Below are positions 46,148-48,681 of a stretch of DNA of 48,681 bases, piece after piece. This DNA comes from Flavobacterium sp. (lineage in GTDB: Bacteria; Bacteroidota; Bacteroidia; Flavobacteriales; Flavobacteriaceae), in NCBI GenBank assembly GCA_051649065.1, contig JBOFGJ010000684.1:1-48681 (forward strand), given 5' to 3'. The notes under the pieces are model-generated. The model did not search any database, had not been told where the DNA came from, and saw only the letters and a list, made by a program, of their open reading frames with translations. A program made the translations under genes and the position numbers. Within the stretch, counting starts at the first letter, position 1, and each line of letters opens with the position of its first letter.

Positions 46148-47749
46148 TTAAGACTGTGGATTAGCCTCAATGCTTACGTTAATACGTGTACTATCGAATG
46201 CAGCTCCATTTAAGAAGGTATTGATAAATACATAGTCATTAAAGTGAGTACCAGAGGATAATACAGTTATACCGTTAGCGGTGTCCATAGCTGTGCCAGT
46301 AACAACATAGGCTGCTTCCCAACCCATATCTAAACTGAAGTTAATACGGTAGCGTCCTACTGCTAAGCGTTCAATACTAGCTACACCAAACTTACCGTAG
46401 ATTTGCCCATCAGGAATAAGACCTACACCTGCCGCCCCGTTAAAAGCAGCTGTTACTTTCCTAGCGATGTCTAATCCATTTACTTTAATACGTGGGCCTT
46501 TACCTGCTAGATAAGGGGTACCAATATCTATGTTGTTAGCTTCGGGATAACGTAATCGAATATTAGCGCATTCAATCATTACAAAACCTGTTTCTTGGTT
46601 TGCTGGGAGTGCTCCACCATTCTCTATCTCAAAAGTATAAGAAGGAGATGCTGTTAATTGAGTTACACCCATTAAGGTGGTTCTAATACATAATGAGAGG
46701 TCAATAGGTGCTGTAGTATTACCCGCAAAGGAATTGATACTAATACCATTGAATGTCATTCCTGTACCAGAAACTTTAAATTCCCTAAATGTTGTTGCAT
46801 CTGTTACGTTACGCTTACAGGAATCTTCTGAATATAGGTTGATAAACACACAAGAAGCACCTGATACGTTGATACCACCACCACCGTTGTTGTCCACTGT
46901 AATCAATTCATACGTGTTACTAACAGAGAACTTTGTTACTAATCCATAATCCTGATTAAACATAAACAACAGTTTATAGAACTTACTCGCATTAGTAGCT
47001 TGTTTAGTTTCAATAGCGGGTTTACCGAAATTAGTACATGTTAGATTACTATATAGCGCATGTACTACAGCCCCATCATGAACAATAGCTTGTGAGTTAG
47101 GATAGGTAGTAAAGTTTGATGTGAATCTTATATTATGGAACTGTGTAAATACAGTGTTAGCCGCAGATGAATAGAAGGCAGCTCCATTCACCTGACATAA
47201 GATTAATGATTGATAAGATGAGTTTGTACCACCTACACCCACTAGTTTAAAGGCAGCTGACATAGGTAGGGTAACTACAGTTTTAATACAGTAACCAGCT
47301 AACGAATATGGTAAGTGGATATCACCATATGGATTAGCATTAATTACTTTCTGGAAAGCTGCTGCATCATCTGTTACACCATCGGCTTTAGCGCCATAGT
47401 TCTGTGGCGTGTTAACAGGCCATCCATTAAGTAAACCTAAGTTAGTGTAACTAGCATTAGGAGACGCCTCAGAGTTTACATGAGGGAAAGCTCCTGTATA
47501 TACATAGTAATAACCATCAGTGTATTTAACTACATCACGCGCTGAAGTTAATGTAACACTTGTACCAAATGCACCTCTTTTATGATATAGGGATGGAGAA
47601 TAGTCACTGAATACACTACCCCCATAAGAACTACCTACGAAGGTATCACCAGTGGGGCCACTAACTGAAGCGCCATCAAGTAGATCTACTACCTGAATAG
47701 ATTTTGTATTAGCTGTGTCTTGTAATGTATCAACTCTTAATGTACTCAT
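46148..47749 (-). CDS. Tailspike / receptor-binding protein with beta-helix (putative depolymerase)
   Basis: YGAKADGVTDDAAAFQK pectate-lyase-type motif followed by beta-helix-like sequence. Confidence 0.8.
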   Translation of the reverse strand: MSTLRVDTLQDTANTKSIQVVDLLDGASVSGPTGDTFVGSSYGGSVFSDYSPSLYHKRGAFGTSVTLTSARDVVKYTDGYYYVYTGAFPHVNSEASPNASYTNLGLLNGWPVNTPQNYGAKADGVTDDAAAFQKVINANPYGDIHLPYSLAGYCIKTVVTLPMSAAFKLVGVGGTNSSYQSLILCQVNGAAFYSSAANTVFTQFHNIRFTSNFTTYPNSQAIVHDGAVVHALYSNLTCTNFGKPAIETKQATNASKFYKLLFMFNQDYGLVTKFSVSNTYELITVDNNGGGGINVSGASCVFINLYSEDSCKRNVTDATTFREFKVSGTGMTFNGISINSFAGNTTAPIDLSLCIRTTLMGVTQLTASPSYTFEIENGGALPANQETGFVMIECANIRLRYPEANNIDIGTPYLAGKGPRIKVNGLDIARKVTAAFNGAAGVGLIPDGQIYGKFGVASIERLAVGRYRINFSLDMGWEAAYVVTGTAMDTANGITVLSSGTHFNDYVFINTFLNGAAFDSTRINVSIEANPQS

Positions 47750-48348
47750 GGGGCAACTTCTCCATTAGCTATAGTCCAAAATGAACCTGTACCTATTGTA
47801 ACTACTTGACCTAAATCAATAGCAACAGTGGGGCCAAATGACCAAGCATTTTTATTATTAGGGATGTTTACGCTATTACTTACACTTTGGTCATGCCAAC
47901 TAATAACAGAAAAGGCACTAGCCTCTAGTGGAACATTTCCTGTTAACTGTGCTTGTAGATTAGCATCTCCAGATGCTCTAGCATTAATCTCATCTGTTAA
48001 TTCACTCTTACGTACAGCATCTGTATTAGCAGAGGAAATAGGGAGACCTGTTATACGTTGTTGGTTTGCATTTAATGTCCCTTCTAACGTATCTCCTGTA
48101 ATATTATAATAACGAGCATCACCTTCAGCTACAGTTAAGAGTGAGGAGGGATTTCCTACATCTGTAGCTGCATTTAATATAGCAAAGCTATTCATATCTA
48201 AGTTATTATGCATTTCATTAGAATCACCTACACCTAGGCCATTCCTTCGTAATACATTATTATTTAACTCATCTTCTATCTTTTGGAAATTAGCATTTAC
48301 AGCTGATATGTTATATCCAGAAGAAACATCATCTAACTCAATAGACAT
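47746..48348 (-). CDS. Tail fibre adaptor/anchor protein
   Basis: NANFQKIE, LDMNSFAILN, DAVRKSEL; coupled to the tailspike. Confidence 0.65.
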   Translation of the reverse strand: MSIELDDVSSGYNISAVNANFQKIEDELNNNVLRRNGLGVGDSNEMHNNLDMNSFAILNAATDVGNPSSLLTVAEGDARYYNITGDTLEGTLNANQQRITGLPISSANTDAVRKSELTDEINARASGDANLQAQLTGNVPLEASAFSVISWHDQSVSNSVNIPNNKNAWSFGPTVAIDLGQVVTIGTGSFWTIANGEVAP

Positions 48349-48607
48349 TGTATTATCCTTATTACGCCTTGTCCAACAACTAACGTTGTTGTCCTACGGC
48401 CTTTGACTTATTCTCTTTAAGCGTTCCTTTACCGTCGGAGACGTTCTTTATCCTTTATCATCCATGAAAGGACTGGTTGAAACCTTCCTATTGAAACCTA
48501 ATAATTTCTGTGAGAAAATAAAAAGGGGCAATGCACCTATGCACCATACCCCTTGTCCCCCCTGTACCCCCTCATGTGGATGTATACAGGCTGTACATAT
48601 ATACATA

Positions 48608-48681
48608 GGGGTGTGTGTCCCACACAGGGGTATATTGACGCCTTCGGCATAGGTATAGAGGAGGGGTATTGTTCTACCGTT
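48608..48681. repeat. Terminal direct repeat, right copy
   Basis: Identical to 1..74. Confidence 0.95.

Noticed and set aside
26511-48652. Plus-strand and nested ORFs in the late arm (e.g. 26511, 31144, 31792, 40488, 43342, 46677, 47828, 48464)
   Set aside because: They are antisense or out-of-frame shadows of structural genes, or lie in non-coding terminal sequence.

Overview
Apparently a complete ~48.6 kb lytic podovirus genome of a Gram-negative host (74-bp terminal duplication; spanins; no integrase or RNA polymerase recognised). The architecture resembles Zobellviridae/PaP3/phiEco32-type phages. The + strand carries early and replication genes (~1.3-25.5 kb) and the - strand carries virion, packaging and lysis genes (~48.3-25.8 kb), converging near a terminator at ~25.77 kb. 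Recognisable genes: a peptide-ligase cluster (class I and class II glutamine amidotransferases, COOH-NH2 ligase type 2, amidoligase, RimK-like ATP-grasp), primase-helicase, ECF-like sigma factor, family A DNA polymerase split by a group I intron carrying an HNH gene, SSB-like protein, exonucleases, terminase, portal, scaffold, capsid, tail, ejection proteins and a lysis cassette. The most striking feature is 17 small (62-82 aa) + strand genes, divergent in sequence and mostly SH3/KOW-like, that all end in the same acidic C-terminal tag (14x [D/E]EENE, plus ECENE, EEENK, EEENQ). They are interleaved between core genes and most densely around the carboxylate-amine ligases, which suggests an undescribed C-terminal-glutamate tagging/conjugation or docking system. 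Other observations: AUU/AUA starts on three nuclease genes, a probable -1 frameshift adding a Zn ribbon to the class II amidotransferase, a mini-protein bearing the NrdA redox tail, two rrn-type boxA sites, a thrice-repeated 46-bp promoter-like motif, and a tRNA-like element. All functional calls come from motif recognition only; no database searches were run.
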